Positions 27,401 through 36,636 of a stretch of 64,000 nucleotides of DNA are shown piece by piece. The DNA is from Candidatus Latescibacterota bacterium. GTDB taxonomy: Bacteria > Latescibacterota > UBA2968 > UBA8231. Below the pieces are notes generated by a model. It ran no database searches. It was not told the origin of the DNA and saw only the letters and a list, made by a program, of their open reading frames with translations. Both the position numbers and the translations under genes were made by a program. The stretch covers positions 576,001-640,000 of the forward strand of contig OZ252098.1 of assembly GCA_965248355.1 (NCBI GenBank). Direction: 5' to 3'. The number at the start of each line of letters is the position of its first letter. Position 1 is the stretch's first letter.

Positions 27401-28926
27401 GCGATTGCGCGGCGGTGACGCCCGCACATCTGTCGGCGCCTACGGGCCGGCTTGGGATTGGGGGGGCTGGCCTCCAGAGCTTGAAGCCGGGTGATTTCGC
27501 CGGGCTCACGGGGTTGACCCATCTCGACCTGCGTGGCAACGCCCTGACCGGGCTGCCTCCCGGCCTTTTCGAAGAGGTGCGCTCGCTGAGGCAGCTGGAC
27601 CTGCGCGACAATCAGCTGACGGTCTTCCCGTTTGCGGTGTTTGCGGCGTTGCCGGCGTTGACCGAGTTGCGCTTGGCCGGCAATCCCGCCTACCTCGCTT
27701 CGGTCTGGGTGGCGCCTTCGAGGCTGACGATAACAAGGGGCGACTCGGGGGTTTACCGGATGCGGCTGAACACCGCCCCGGACACCCCCGAGGTGACGGT
27801 CTCGGTGGCCGTGGACGGCGCTTTGGCGACGATCTCGCCGGTCGCGCTGACCTTCACGGGTTCGAACTGGTTCCGCTTGCAGCCGGTGGTGGTCCACCTG
27901 GCCGAGCATGAGGACGCTGAGCCGGTGACGCTCCGTCACACGGTGAGCGGCTACGGAGCCGTGGCGACGGCCCCTCCGGTGACGGTGACCCCCTTCGAGA
28001 TCGTCCCGGCGGCAAGGCAGTGGACCACCGAGACGGCGATCATCTCCACCCCGAGCGGGGGCACTTACGCGGTGGGCGAACGCATCGTGGCGACGGTGCG
28101 CTTCGGCGCTGCGGTGATGGTCGATACCTCGCAGGGGACGCCGACGATTCGCCTGAGCGTCGGGGGCGTGTCGCGACCGGCGTCGTATCGCGGCGGCTCG
28201 GGTACCCGGACGCTGATGTTCGTCTATCGGGTGGCGGCAGGCGACACCGGAGAGGTGGGTGTCGTTGAGGGGAGCCTGGCACTGAATGGCGGACGGATCG
28301 AGGGCCAGGACGCCACAACAGTAGAGGCCAGCGTGCTGGGCGCCGCGGTCCAAGGCTTGACCGTCGAGTTTGCCCGCTCCATCTCCGGCCGCCCGACCCC
28401 CTACGTCTGGAGCGCGGTCACCGACACCGCCGGGCACGTGGAACTGACCATCACCAGCGGCGAACGGCACCGCGTCAGCGGCTATTACAAGGCGCGCGCC
28501 CGCACCGCCGAGGGCGAGGTGGTGGGCCAGTGGAACAGCATCCCCCTCAACCGCGCCCGGCGCCAGTTTCTGGAACTGACCTTGGGCGGGGGGATGCGGG
28601 TGGTGGGGGTCGAACCATTCGCCGCGGCCAAGGCGGTGGCCGCTCCGACCCTCAGCGGCCTGGCGCCCAATGTGCCCAACCCCTTCAACAGCACCACGCA
28701 GATCGCCTACCGGTTAGCCCAGTCCGGCCCGGTGAGGCTGGAGCTCTACAATGTCTTGGGCCAGCGCCTGCGCACCTTGGTGGACCGGGTCCAGGCCGCC
28801 GGCACCTACCAGGTCGCTTGGGACGCCCGCGACCAGCGCGGGGCGGCGGTGGCGGCGGGCGTCTATATGGCCCGTCTACACTATCCCGGCGGCAGGCAGA
28901 CGCGGCGGCTGCTCTACCTCAAGTAG
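24421..28926 (+). CDS. Large secreted LRR / Ig-like (cadherin/Big_9) / FN3 / LRR / FlgD-CTD surface protein
   Basis: AGGAG RBS, signal peptide ending APAHA, DREALVALYNATNG cap, 12 LxGSIPxxLGDL repeats, two PVAxDD/TDTFSYTVSDG repeats, two FN3 repeats (VTGLRNGTAYTFQVR) and a PNPFN CTD. Confidence 0.85.
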   Translation: MRTFPWPMFIGACFAAAALLPGFTAPAHAQQIVEFVSNTGQSTGSDGTLELRNDDSGAQAFTTGSNRTGYELESIVVVMDAFPTPALWTVAVKLWSSTATGEPDSELCTLTNPATLGAGELTFTNNNCATLERDTLFVVMSANLSSNQTAQPPEWAFTTSDSEDSGADAGWTISDDSYYRTSSTGPWIGSGSSLKIKVNGAYANKDREALVALYNATNGGSWRNDSKWNSTDPLDDWHGVTTNAAGRVDSLHLHDHFLSGSIPAALGDLTHLEYLNLGKNDNLTGSIPADLGDLTNLKNLNLSLNAHTGSIPADLGDLTSLEELSLANNKLTGSIPAALGDLTSLEKLNLFTNQLSGSIPAALGDLTNLTHLHLANNKLTGSIPAALGDLTSLEELFLYTNQLSGSIPAALGDLDSLKFLYLYFNSLSGRIPAALGDLTSLEGLELNNNSLTGWIPALGELTNLESLALNNNSLTGSIPAELGDLTNLKYLALSYNSLTGSIPAALGDLTDLEELYLHNNSLTGSIPAVFLNLRNLSNLYVDNDLCVPGDTAFQEWLEDFEDIYDFEGDSDNICTPPVATDDDVVTNEDTPIVIRVLANDSDVNPNTILSVTAVGTPRAPRTGTAAITAGSTTTVTYTPNANFIGTDTFSYTVSDGTDTDTGTGTVTVTVNAVNDPPLATDDAASVVQSGSVNINVIANDTDVENDPLSVSRVGTPTAPRAGTAAITAGSTTTVTYTPNLNFIGTDTFSYTVSDGTGTATGTVRITVTVPPTTVPTPPRFLKAVAGDGAVTLVWTAPASDGGSALRSYQYRQKPQSGSFDAWTAIADTAFRQEPATRYTVTGLRNGTAYTFQVRAVNDQGPSSASGLARATPLMAAPSELTARGVDDGVLLTWTPPATASEVRSYQYRQKPQSGSFGVWTAIADTAFRQEPATRYTVTGLRNGTAYTFQVRGVSAGVPGAASKEARATAAVTAGICGRTPAVRAALVAALADVGDCAAVTPAHLSAPTGRLGIGGAGLQSLKPGDFAGLTGLTHLDLRGNALTGLPPGLFEEVRSLRQLDLRDNQLTVFPFAVFAALPALTELRLAGNPAYLASVWVAPSRLTITRGDSGVYRMRLNTAPDTPEVTVSVAVDGALATISPVALTFTGSNWFRLQPVVVHLAEHEDAEPVTLRHTVSGYGAVATAPPVTVTPFEIVPAARQWTTETAIISTPSGGTYAVGERIVATVRFGAAVMVDTSQGTPTIRLSVGGVSRPASYRGGSGTRTLMFVYRVAAGDTGEVGVVEGSLALNGGRIEGQDATTVEASVLGAAVQGLTVEFARSISGRPTPYVWSAVTDTAGHVELTITSGERHRVSGYYKARARTAEGEVVGQWNSIPLNRARRQFLELTLGGGMRVVGVEPFAAAKAVAAPTLSGLAPNVPNPFNSTTQIAYRLAQSGPVRLELYNVLGQRLRTLVDRVQAAGTYQVAWDARDQRGAAVAAGVYMARLHYPGGRQTRRLLYLK
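25192..26049 (+). repeat. Intragenic ~72-bp tandem LRR array (12 units)
   Basis: Near-invariant core CTGACGGGGTCGATCCCGGCGGCGTTGGGCGACTTGACC alternating with variable segments, all in frame. Confidence 0.9.
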
Positions 28927-29008
28927 CCGGGAGAGTCTGAATCAGATGCAGGCACCTCGGCGTCGGCGTGGGTCAAGTGCCGCCTTGGAGACTGAGCAGG
29001 AGATCGAA

Positions 29009-30013
29009 ATGCCATTCCAAGACATACTGAGAGCCGTCCACTATCAGGACGTAGATCCCGGAACCCAGTGGATCAAGGACGCCGACATCGCCATCGATTC
29101 CGACGGGCCTCTCGATTCGGACCGCACCCTCACGCCGAACGTGGTCAAGATGGGAGACGGATACCGGATGTACTATCACGGCCTCGGGCCGGAGCGCCCA
29201 AACCCGGCTTCAAAGGGCTACATCCTGAGTGCCTTCTCCACCGATGCCGAGCACTGGGAGAAGGAGCCGGGTGTCAGGATGGATGCGGGCGGCGACGGCG
29301 CACAGCACTACATCTGGAGCCCGGACGTCATTCCTTTGGCGGATGGCCGCTACCGCATGTATTACGAAGGAAAGACAGAGAAGGAGGACGGCGCGGTCAA
29401 GGCCGCAATTGTGAGCTCCCTTTCCGACGACGGTCTGGTCTGGGAACGAGAGCCGGGCCTGCGCCTGGCTGGAGAGAGGGTCTCCTATCTGGCGCCTCGA
29501 TGCCTTCACCTCGACCCGGCCGCAGACAAAGGCGGCCCCCGCTTTCGCCTCTACGCCAGCGCCTATCCGTATCCGGACGTTTCGCGGCCAGGCGCTTTCA
29601 ACAACAGGAACATCGTCAGCGCAGTGTCAGAAGACGGCTTGGTGTTCGAGTTGGAGCCCGGCGTTCGCATACCGCAGGACCACGCTCTCGAAACCGTCGC
29701 CGTCTATGCCCCGGAGGTCCTGCGCCTGGGCGAGGGCGGCTTCCGGATGTACTACGCAGGCTGGACATCCGCTCCGGAGGTACTTCGTGGATCAAAGTAT
29801 CACGGCAGAATCTTCAGCGCGTTTTCCGGGGACGGTCTGCAGTGGGTCAAGGATCCGGGAATCTGCATTGACAATGGGGGACGATGGGACGCAGCCAAGG
29901 CCTCAGAGCCGTGCGTGATCGACCTTGCCGACGGCCGCTTCCGCATGTTCTACGAAGCCTGTGATCTCGACGGACGTTGGCGCATTGCCAGCGCGACCTC
30001 CAGGTGTGGATAG
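29009..30013 (+). CDS. Five-bladed beta-propeller glycoside-hydrolase-like protein
   Basis: Repeated P.V.....G.YRMYY.G...I.SA.S.DG..W.KEPG blades; AGGAG RBS. Confidence 0.7.
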   Translation: MPFQDILRAVHYQDVDPGTQWIKDADIAIDSDGPLDSDRTLTPNVVKMGDGYRMYYHGLGPERPNPASKGYILSAFSTDAEHWEKEPGVRMDAGGDGAQHYIWSPDVIPLADGRYRMYYEGKTEKEDGAVKAAIVSSLSDDGLVWEREPGLRLAGERVSYLAPRCLHLDPAADKGGPRFRLYASAYPYPDVSRPGAFNNRNIVSAVSEDGLVFELEPGVRIPQDHALETVAVYAPEVLRLGEGGFRMYYAGWTSAPEVLRGSKYHGRIFSAFSGDGLQWVKDPGICIDNGGRWDAAKASEPCVIDLADGRFRMFYEACDLDGRWRIASATSRCG

Positions 30014-30074
30014 CCCCTATATGCCCTCTGCAGGACGTCAACGGCGGGGTGAACAGCGTGCGCCGCGGCGTGAG

Positions 30075-31265
30075 TCAGCCGGGGCGCGACGGGATCGTGC
30101 GCAGCAGCGCCAGGAACCCTCCGGCCATCGATACGGCCGCCGCCAGGTAGAACACGGCGTCGAGGGAGGACGCCTGCGCCAGGTACCCCGAGGCGGCGGG
30201 GCCGGCGATCATTCCGGTGGCGTAGATCGCTTGGTAGACGCCCATCCCGGTGGCCCGGTCCTCCGGAGCGATGGCCCGCAGGCTCAGGGAGATGAGCACC
30301 GTGTTGGCCACGCCGCGGGCCAATCCGCCCAGCCCCTGCAGCGCCATGAGCGTCCACACCGACGTCGAGCACGGGACCAGGAGCATGCTCAGGCTCACGA
30401 GCACCGACGCCAGGAAGAGGGCGGACCGGTTGCCCAGGCCCGCGACGATGCGCGTCGTCGCCATGGTTCCGAGGACCTGGGCGAAGAGCATGGCCGTGGT
30501 CACGTACCCGACCTCGGCGTCGCTGGCGCCGAGGCGCTCGGCGTGGAGGGGCACGAAGCCGTAGCTGCCCCCGAAGGTGACGAACTGCGCGAGGATGCCG
30601 ATGCCGCCGGCGAGCAGCAGCAACGGAGTGCGCGCAACCCGCACGAAGGTCGCTGACGAGTAGGTGCCCCGGCGCCGGGATGCCGGTTCCCGGGCGGCCA
30701 GCATCAGCGCCATGCCCGCGACGCCGATGGCGGCGGCGGCGTAGAAGGCGGTCCCGGTCCCGAGGTGCTCGGAGATCAGTCCCCCGGCGAAGGTGGCGGC
30801 GAGCAGGCCGGTGGTGTTGATCGTCATCAGGCGCGACAGGGCGTGCAGGGTGCGGTGGGTCGGGTAGTAGGAGGAGAACAGGACGCTGATCACCACCCAC
30901 CCCGCGGCCCCGATGCCGACCACGGTCCTCGCCGCGAACAGGCTCCAGGGGTCGGGGGAGAGGGCCAGCCCGACGGCCCCCGCCGCGCAGCAGGCCAGGG
31001 CGCCGGCGGCGAAGGGCTTGCGGCGCCCGAGGATGTCGGCCGCGACCCCGATGGGGATGCGCAGCAGCAACTGGGCGATGGCGTAGGAGGCGACCACGAG
31101 GCCCACCATGGACAAGCTGGCGCCCAGCTCCTCGGCGTGCAGCGGCAGCACCGGCACGTAGAGATAGAGGGACAGCCAGAAGGCGAAGGTCCCGGCCCCC
31201 ACCAGAACCACGGACGGCCGGTCGAGGGGCGGATGCCGTTCCTGGTCGGCGGTGGAGGCTTCCAT
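30075..31265 (-). CDS. MFS transporter
   Basis: About 12 TM helices; GVAADILGRRK motif A. Confidence 0.9.
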   Translation of the reverse strand: MEASTADQERHPPLDRPSVVLVGAGTFAFWLSLYLYVPVLPLHAEELGASLSMVGLVVASYAIAQLLLRIPIGVAADILGRRKPFAAGALACCAAGAVGLALSPDPWSLFAARTVVGIGAAGWVVISVLFSSYYPTHRTLHALSRLMTINTTGLLAATFAGGLISEHLGTGTAFYAAAAIGVAGMALMLAAREPASRRRGTYSSATFVRVARTPLLLLAGGIGILAQFVTFGGSYGFVPLHAERLGASDAEVGYVTTAMLFAQVLGTMATTRIVAGLGNRSALFLASVLVSLSMLLVPCSTSVWTLMALQGLGGLARGVANTVLISLSLRAIAPEDRATGMGVYQAIYATGMIAGPAASGYLAQASSLDAVFYLAAAVSMAGGFLALLRTIPSRPG

Positions 31266-31337
31266 CTCTCCTGGAATCCCGGTCGGTCCGCGCGGAAGCC
31301 GCCCGTCTACCGCGGGGGGCCGCCGCCTCGGTCGGCC

Positions 31338-32435
31338 TCAGTCCGGCAGCCGGTGCTCGTCCACGACCCGCATGTCCAGCTCCACCCCCAGGCCGGGCGC
31401 CCCGCTCACGGCGAGGCGGCCTCCGGCGATCCTCTCGGGCGGCTGGATCAGCTGCGCCCGCCAGGGCGTCTCCCCCCAGGCGTACTCGAGGATCAGGAAC
31501 TCGGGATGGGCGGCCATGGCCTGCACCGCGGCGGCGATGGCCACGGGGCCGAAGGGACCGTGGGGCGCCGTGGGGATTCCACGCGAGGCGGCCATGGCGG
31601 CCACCTGGTGCAGCTCGGAGAGGCCGCCCACGATGGTGACATCCGGCATGGCCACGTCGAGGGCGCGCCGGTGCAGGACCTCCCACCAGCCGCGGCAAAG
31701 GGCGCGGCTCTCGCCGCCGGCCACCGGCATCCCGCATCCGGCCTTCACCCGCTCGTAGCCGTCGTAATCGTCCTGGGGAAGGGGCTCCTCGAACCAGAAC
31801 AGGTCGAGATCGCCCAGGGCCTCGGCCGTCTCCAGGGCTCCCCGGGCCGTGAAGCGGGAGTGACAGTCCACGAGGACATCGACACCGGGCCCGATGGTGT
31901 CGCGCACCGCCCGCAGGCACTCGATGCCGGCGCCGGCGGGACCGACGCCGTCGAGGGCGGGAGGCAGGTGGTCGAAGGGGGCCAGTTTGACGGCGTCGTG
32001 GCCGTCGCGAACCGCGGCCATCGCGTTCCGGGCGAATGCTTCGGGGGACCGGTCCGGGCGGGTGGCGCGGTTGATGTTGGCGTAGGTCCGGACCTCCCCG
32101 CGGCAGGCGCCGCCGAGCAGGGCGTGCACCGGCGCCTGCAGGGACTTGCCGAGCAGGTCCCACAGGGCCTGCTCCAGACCGCTGAGCACGCGGACCCCCG
32201 CGGCGTCCAGCTCGGCCGGCCGGAACCCGTCCACGAGGTGCCGGATTCGCCGGGGGTCCCGGCCGACGAGGGAGTCGGCCATCCGCCGCGCCAGGGGCAG
32301 GCGGCCCCCGCGCCGCACCGAGGGGTTCAACTCCCCGAGGCCGCTCAGGCCGTCATCGGTGAGCACCTGCACGAAGGTCCAGTCCACCAGGGGGCTCACG
32401 CGGACGGTGTGGAACTCGACGTTCTCGATTCTCAT
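31338..32435 (-). CDS. Mandelate racemase/MLE family dehydratase (DgoD-like)
   Basis: TDDGLSGLGE, ALWDLLGK...PVHALLGG, VDCH, WFEEP, AGGE, MPD and APH motifs. Confidence 0.85.
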   Translation of the reverse strand: MRIENVEFHTVRVSPLVDWTFVQVLTDDGLSGLGELNPSVRRGGRLPLARRMADSLVGRDPRRIRHLVDGFRPAELDAAGVRVLSGLEQALWDLLGKSLQAPVHALLGGACRGEVRTYANINRATRPDRSPEAFARNAMAAVRDGHDAVKLAPFDHLPPALDGVGPAGAGIECLRAVRDTIGPGVDVLVDCHSRFTARGALETAEALGDLDLFWFEEPLPQDDYDGYERVKAGCGMPVAGGESRALCRGWWEVLHRRALDVAMPDVTIVGGLSELHQVAAMAASRGIPTAPHGPFGPVAIAAAVQAMAAHPEFLILEYAWGETPWRAQLIQPPERIAGGRLAVSGAPGLGVELDMRVVDEHRLPD

Positions 32436-32442
32436 GCCGCTC

Positions 32443-34416
32443 TCAATAGACGGGAATCACGTTGCCCACCTTGCCGGTGAAGGCGTCGACCACGAGCCAC
32501 AGGCCGCCGGAGACGATCTGCCCCAGGGCCATCCCGAGGAACAGGGGCCGGCTGCGCGTGTAGGTGCGGGCCCCGCCGAAGCGCAGCACCAGCACCTTGA
32601 AGACCCAGGCGAGGAAGACGGGGAACCAGAGACGGCTCATGGCCCAGCCCATGCCCACGGGGTAGCCGATGGGATGCAGGGGCCACCAGGGAAGCTGCTG
32701 GCGGGCCAGGAAGAGCAGGGCCATGACCGCCGCCCCGGCGCCGGTATGAATCCATCCCTCGATGCTGAGCTGCACCGGGGCGACCAGCTGCTTGGCGGCG
32801 AACTCCGCGGGCCCCACGGCGAAGCTCTTGAAGTACTGGGGGTGCAGGTTGATGCCCCCGTGCTCGTGGGCCAGCTCCAGAAGGAACCAGCAGGAGGCGA
32901 CGAGGGCGGCCACCATGGCCAGGGCCACGGCCCCGGAGATTCGCCGGCGGTGAGGGCCGGTGTCGCTGGCCAACCGCAGGCCGTTGGCGAGGGGGGCGCT
33001 CATGAAGACCAGAAAGTCCCCGGTCCAGATGTAGGAGTAGCCGAGGGCCACGAGGCCCGTCGGGCCCAGGGCCGGAGCGCCCACGCCGGAGAGCACGAAG
33101 CCGGCGGGGATCATGGCCGGCGTCACCGTGGGCAGGCCGGCTTCGGCGATGACCCGCGCCAGACCGATGAACAGGACCAGGGCGCAGGCCACCACCAGCG
33201 GCACCACGAGGGGAGGCAGCCCGGAGCGCCAGAGCCAGAGGGACATGATCGCAACGCCGGCGGCCAGGCCGAGGAGGGCGGCGCGGTAGGAGAGGATCTC
33301 CGCCGAGTCGTCGACCTCGGGGGCCCGCCCGAAGGCCTTGGCCAGAGCCTGGCGGAGATGGCCCCGCGCCGTCCACAGGCCGAAGAGGACGAGCACGGCG
33401 AGGGCCCCCGTCATCTCGTGGCCGACGCCCGGCTGGCTCCAGTCGCCCACCTCCTGCTCGTACCCCCGGATCCCGAAGAGGTGGAAGACCCGGTCCTGGA
33501 CGCGGTGCAGCAGGTAGAAGAACCACAGCCCCATGGAGACGGAGGAGCCGATGAGATAGGAAAACCCGAGGATCAGGAAGTTCACCGACAGGTCCAGGGA
33601 GATGCCGAAGACGAGGATGCTGTCCGACAACCTGAGGGAGGGGAAGGAGGCGTTGTACTTCGACAGGCCGTTGCTCAGATTGACGGCCAGGGGGATGGAC
33701 ATGCCGATCCAGGTCAGGGGATTGGTGAAGAACGGCGGCAGCCAGCGGCGCCCCGCGCCTTCGAGCATGGCCATGGGCACCTGGGCCATGGGGAAGGCGA
33801 GGCGCTCGCGGTCCACCCACTGTCGGCGCAGCAGCACCAGGGCGCACAGCTGCGCCAGGTAGAGCCCGAGGTAGAACACGGCCCACGAGGCCAGGGCCGG
33901 GAGCCAGGACTCCCAGCGCACGGCGCCGCCGCCCTCGAAGAACAGCAGCGCCGCCTCCGCATCGGAGACCACCATCCACTGCGGCAGATGGGGGTGGACC
34001 AGCTCCTCCCATCGATTCTCCGGGGTGGCGTAGTACTCGTGGCCGCTGATCATGGGCAGCAGCATGCCCATCACCCCCCGGGTGGGGATGGCGGAGGCCA
34101 CCATCATCATGAAGAACACGACGATCAGCTCGCCGCGGCGCAGGGCCCACCCGGCCCGCAGGCCGCGCAGCAGCGGCTGTATGAAGAGGAGCAGCAGGAA
34201 GAGGGCGAAGAAGGCGGCCGGGGTGGAGGAGCTGAGCCCCATGCGGCTGCCGCGGATCAGCATGCTCCCGTAGGGCACGCAGACGGCGATGATCACGCAG
34301 AAGGCGAGACCGTAAGCGAGGCTTCGGAAGGTGACCGCCGGGCCGGTGGCGGAGGCCGCGGCGTCTCCGCGCCGCTCGAGATGGGCGCGGTATTCGGGGG
34401 GCAGGATGCGTCTCAC
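32443..34416 (-). CDS. DUF6785/DUF6784 family multi-TM putative transporter (copy 2)
   Basis: YYATPENRW, LLRRQWxxxERLAFP, WWPLHPIG and PLFLGMALG; the start may lie as far upstream as 34545. Confidence 0.7.
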   Translation of the reverse strand: MRRILPPEYRAHLERRGDAAASATGPAVTFRSLAYGLAFCVIIAVCVPYGSMLIRGSRMGLSSSTPAAFFALFLLLLFIQPLLRGLRAGWALRRGELIVVFFMMMVASAIPTRGVMGMLLPMISGHEYYATPENRWEELVHPHLPQWMVVSDAEAALLFFEGGGAVRWESWLPALASWAVFYLGLYLAQLCALVLLRRQWVDRERLAFPMAQVPMAMLEGAGRRWLPPFFTNPLTWIGMSIPLAVNLSNGLSKYNASFPSLRLSDSILVFGISLDLSVNFLILGFSYLIGSSVSMGLWFFYLLHRVQDRVFHLFGIRGYEQEVGDWSQPGVGHEMTGALAVLVLFGLWTARGHLRQALAKAFGRAPEVDDSAEILSYRAALLGLAAGVAIMSLWLWRSGLPPLVVPLVVACALVLFIGLARVIAEAGLPTVTPAMIPAGFVLSGVGAPALGPTGLVALGYSYIWTGDFLVFMSAPLANGLRLASDTGPHRRRISGAVALAMVAALVASCWFLLELAHEHGGINLHPQYFKSFAVGPAEFAAKQLVAPVQLSIEGWIHTGAGAAVMALLFLARQQLPWWPLHPIGYPVGMGWAMSRLWFPVFLAWVFKVLVLRFGGARTYTRSRPLFLGMALGQIVSGGLWLVVDAFTGKVGNVIPVY

Positions 34417-34684
34417 CGGGGGCGAAGATAGCGGCCCCGCGCCGGGCCCCCCAACGGCCGGTGCCCCTGCGGAGACGCCGTGCCCCTTCTGAGGCCGTCC
34501 GGTTCGGAGCGGCGGGCCGAAACGTGTCGACGCGGATTCCGCCAACGATGCGGCGGGCGGCCGAGAGGATTTCGGAGCGAGTCCCGCCGGCGATGCAGGG
34601 GGCGGCCGGTCGCGTCGGCCTCAGAGGCCCTCGTCCCCCGGCCGGTCGGCGGTGCACCCCAAGAGCGGCTCGTCCCCGCCTGGC

Positions 34685-35980
34685 TCAGAGACTCTGGTCA
34701 GCCGACTCGGCGGCTTCTTCCGACTCCTTGCCGGACCATCCCTCGCCGCCGCCGGGTTCGTGCAGGTCGCCGGCGATGGGCAGCACCTCCACGCCCTCGC
34801 CCTCCGCCTCGCCGAGGATGCGGAAGCGGCTGGCCACCACCTCGGCGCCGAAGGGTCCGAAGCGGTTGGGGAAGCCCTGGTGGTCGCCGACCATGAACAC
34901 GCTGTCGTCGGGCATCACGCAGGCCGAGGGATAGTAGGCGAGGGGGTCGGCCTGGAAGCCCCGGTCGGCGGCGGGCGTCACCCAGGTCTCGCCGCAGTCG
35001 CGGCTGTAGAGGACCTGGCCGTTGCCGCCGGGGCCGCTGCAGGTGAGCAGCACCACGGTGCCGTCCGAGAGCACCAGCAGGTCGCCCTTCTTCACGGCGT
35101 TCGGATGAGGCCGGTCATCGGGCACGGGCAGATCCAGCAACGGCCGCGGCGCCGACCAGGTGCGCCCGTCGTCGCCGCTCGTCGTCCACAGCCCCCAGGG
35201 GCGGGAGGCCGTGGCCAGACGGCCGTCGGGCAGCCGCGCCAGGTGCCCCTCCTCCATGTCCCGCTCCGGGTCGCCGAAGATCGACCCGGTCTCCCAGGTG
35301 GCGCCGCCGTCGCCGGAGTGCAGCAGGGCCATCACCCAGCGCGTCTCGGCGGCTCCCGGCACGGCGTGGCCGTCGACCAGCATCCACAGGCCGCCGCCGG
35401 GAGCCTCGGAGAGCGAGCAGGGGTGCTCCAGCCGCGTCAGGAAGGGTCCGCTCGTGCGCCCCGTCTCCTCCCAGGTCTCGCCCCCGTCCCGGCTGCGGAA
35501 GACGGCGATCTGCTCGGGGAAGGAGAGGTCCATGCGCCGCAGGAACTCCACCGGGTCGGTGGGCAGGCGTCCGGCCCAGTACCAGCCGCTCTGGATCAGG
35601 GCGGCCATGTACAGGGTGCCGTCGCCGTGCTGGAAGAGGGCGCCGGGGCCGTAGGCGTCGGGCAGGTCGGCCAGCACCCGGGGCCGCGACCAGGTGGCGC
35701 CGTCGTCGCGGCTGCGGGTCCAGAGGATGCGCCCGCCCGTGGGCGCATCCCAGGCGCCGCCGCCCTCGAACTGGGACTCCATGTACTCGGCGTGGTCCGG
35801 CAGCTCGGGCCGCGGGTTGACCCAGGAGGCGTGCCAGTACCCGGCGCTGAAGGCGACGAAGAGGGTGCCGTCCCGCAGCCGGCAGATGCGCGGCCAGCCG
35901 CAGAACCCGCCGAAGCCGGGGAAGGGGTCCGGGGGGTTGACCTCGGGGGAGACGACGATCTTGCGGAGTCCGGTTGGCAT
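34685..35980 (-). CDS. Sialidase-like / BNR (Asp-box) repeat protein
   Basis: Five SxDxGxTW Asp-boxes, GWP at the N-terminus and YYP near the C-terminus. Confidence 0.75.
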   Translation of the reverse strand: MPTGLRKIVVSPEVNPPDPFPGFGGFCGWPRICRLRDGTLFVAFSAGYWHASWVNPRPELPDHAEYMESQFEGGGAWDAPTGGRILWTRSRDDGATWSRPRVLADLPDAYGPGALFQHGDGTLYMAALIQSGWYWAGRLPTDPVEFLRRMDLSFPEQIAVFRSRDGGETWEETGRTSGPFLTRLEHPCSLSEAPGGGLWMLVDGHAVPGAAETRWVMALLHSGDGGATWETGSIFGDPERDMEEGHLARLPDGRLATASRPWGLWTTSGDDGRTWSAPRPLLDLPVPDDRPHPNAVKKGDLLVLSDGTVVLLTCSGPGGNGQVLYSRDCGETWVTPAADRGFQADPLAYYPSACVMPDDSVFMVGDHQGFPNRFGPFGAEVVASRFRILGEAEGEGVEVLPIAGDLHEPGGGEGWSGKESEEAAESADQSL

Positions 35981-35985
35981 GGGAA

Positions 35986-36282
35986 TCAGTAGTGGTACCG
36001 GGCCTGGAGGAAGTCGACGCCGTCGTCGAGGACGCGGTAGACGAGGCGGTCCCGGGCCGTGATCCGCCGCGACCAGATGTCGGAGCCGAGGTGTCTCAGA
36101 GGCTCGGGCTTTCCCGGGCCGTCAAAGGGGTCCCGGCGAACCGCCTTCATGAGAGCGAGAACCCGCAGGGCCGTCTTGCGGTCGGTCCGCACCCAGAATC
36201 CGAGATCCTCCATGCACTCCTCCTGAATGATGGTGCGTCGCGCTCGCCGTGGCTCCCGGCTCGTGGCGCGCCGGCGGGCCAA
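35986..36282 (-). CDS. yoeB: Txe/YoeB family toxin
   Basis: DPFDGPGKPEPLRH...WSRRIT..DRLVY...LQARYHY. Confidence 0.9.
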   Translation of the reverse strand: MARRRATSREPRRARRTIIQEECMEDLGFWVRTDRKTALRVLALMKAVRRDPFDGPGKPEPLRHLGSDIWSRRITARDRLVYRVLDDGVDFLQARYHY

Positions 36283-36286
36283 GGAG

Positions 36287-36577
36287 TCAGTCCGGCGGCT
36301 CGGGGAGACCGAGCTCCCTGGCGAGGGACTCCAGGTCGGCCGGGGAGGTCCGGCCCTGGCGGGACCGGTGCAGGGCCGACAGCAGCCGGGAGGCGTTCCT
36401 GGGAGAGCGCAGAAGGTACGCGGTCTCCTGAAGGCTCTCCAACTCGTCCGCCGGCAGGAGGACCATGGTGTCGTGGCCCCGGCGTTCGAGGATGGCCGGC
36501 TCCCGGCTGTTCTCCACCTCGTCCCAGATCTCGGCCAGCTTTTCTCTCGCCAAGCTGTAGGAAGCCCTCACGCTCAT
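36287..36577 (-). CDS. yefM: YefM family antitoxin
   Basis: SYSLAREKLAEIWDEV...ESLQETAYLLRSPRNASRL; GGAG RBS. Confidence 0.9.
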   Translation of the reverse strand: MSVRASYSLAREKLAEIWDEVENSREPAILERRGHDTMVLLPADELESLQETAYLLRSPRNASRLLSALHRSRQGRTSPADLESLARELGLPEPPD

Positions 36578-36596
36578 GACTCTCCGCTCCTGAAGA

Positions 36597-36636
36597 CGTA
36601 CAGGAATACTGTACGATTTCTGTCGTGCATGGTCAA
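36597..36636 (-). promoter_or_regulatory. yefM-yoeB promoter with overlapping palindromic operator
   Basis: TTGACC-N17-TACAGT on the minus strand; the perfect inverted repeat CGTACAG-N5-CTGTACG (36597-36615) covers the -10. Confidence 0.7.
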
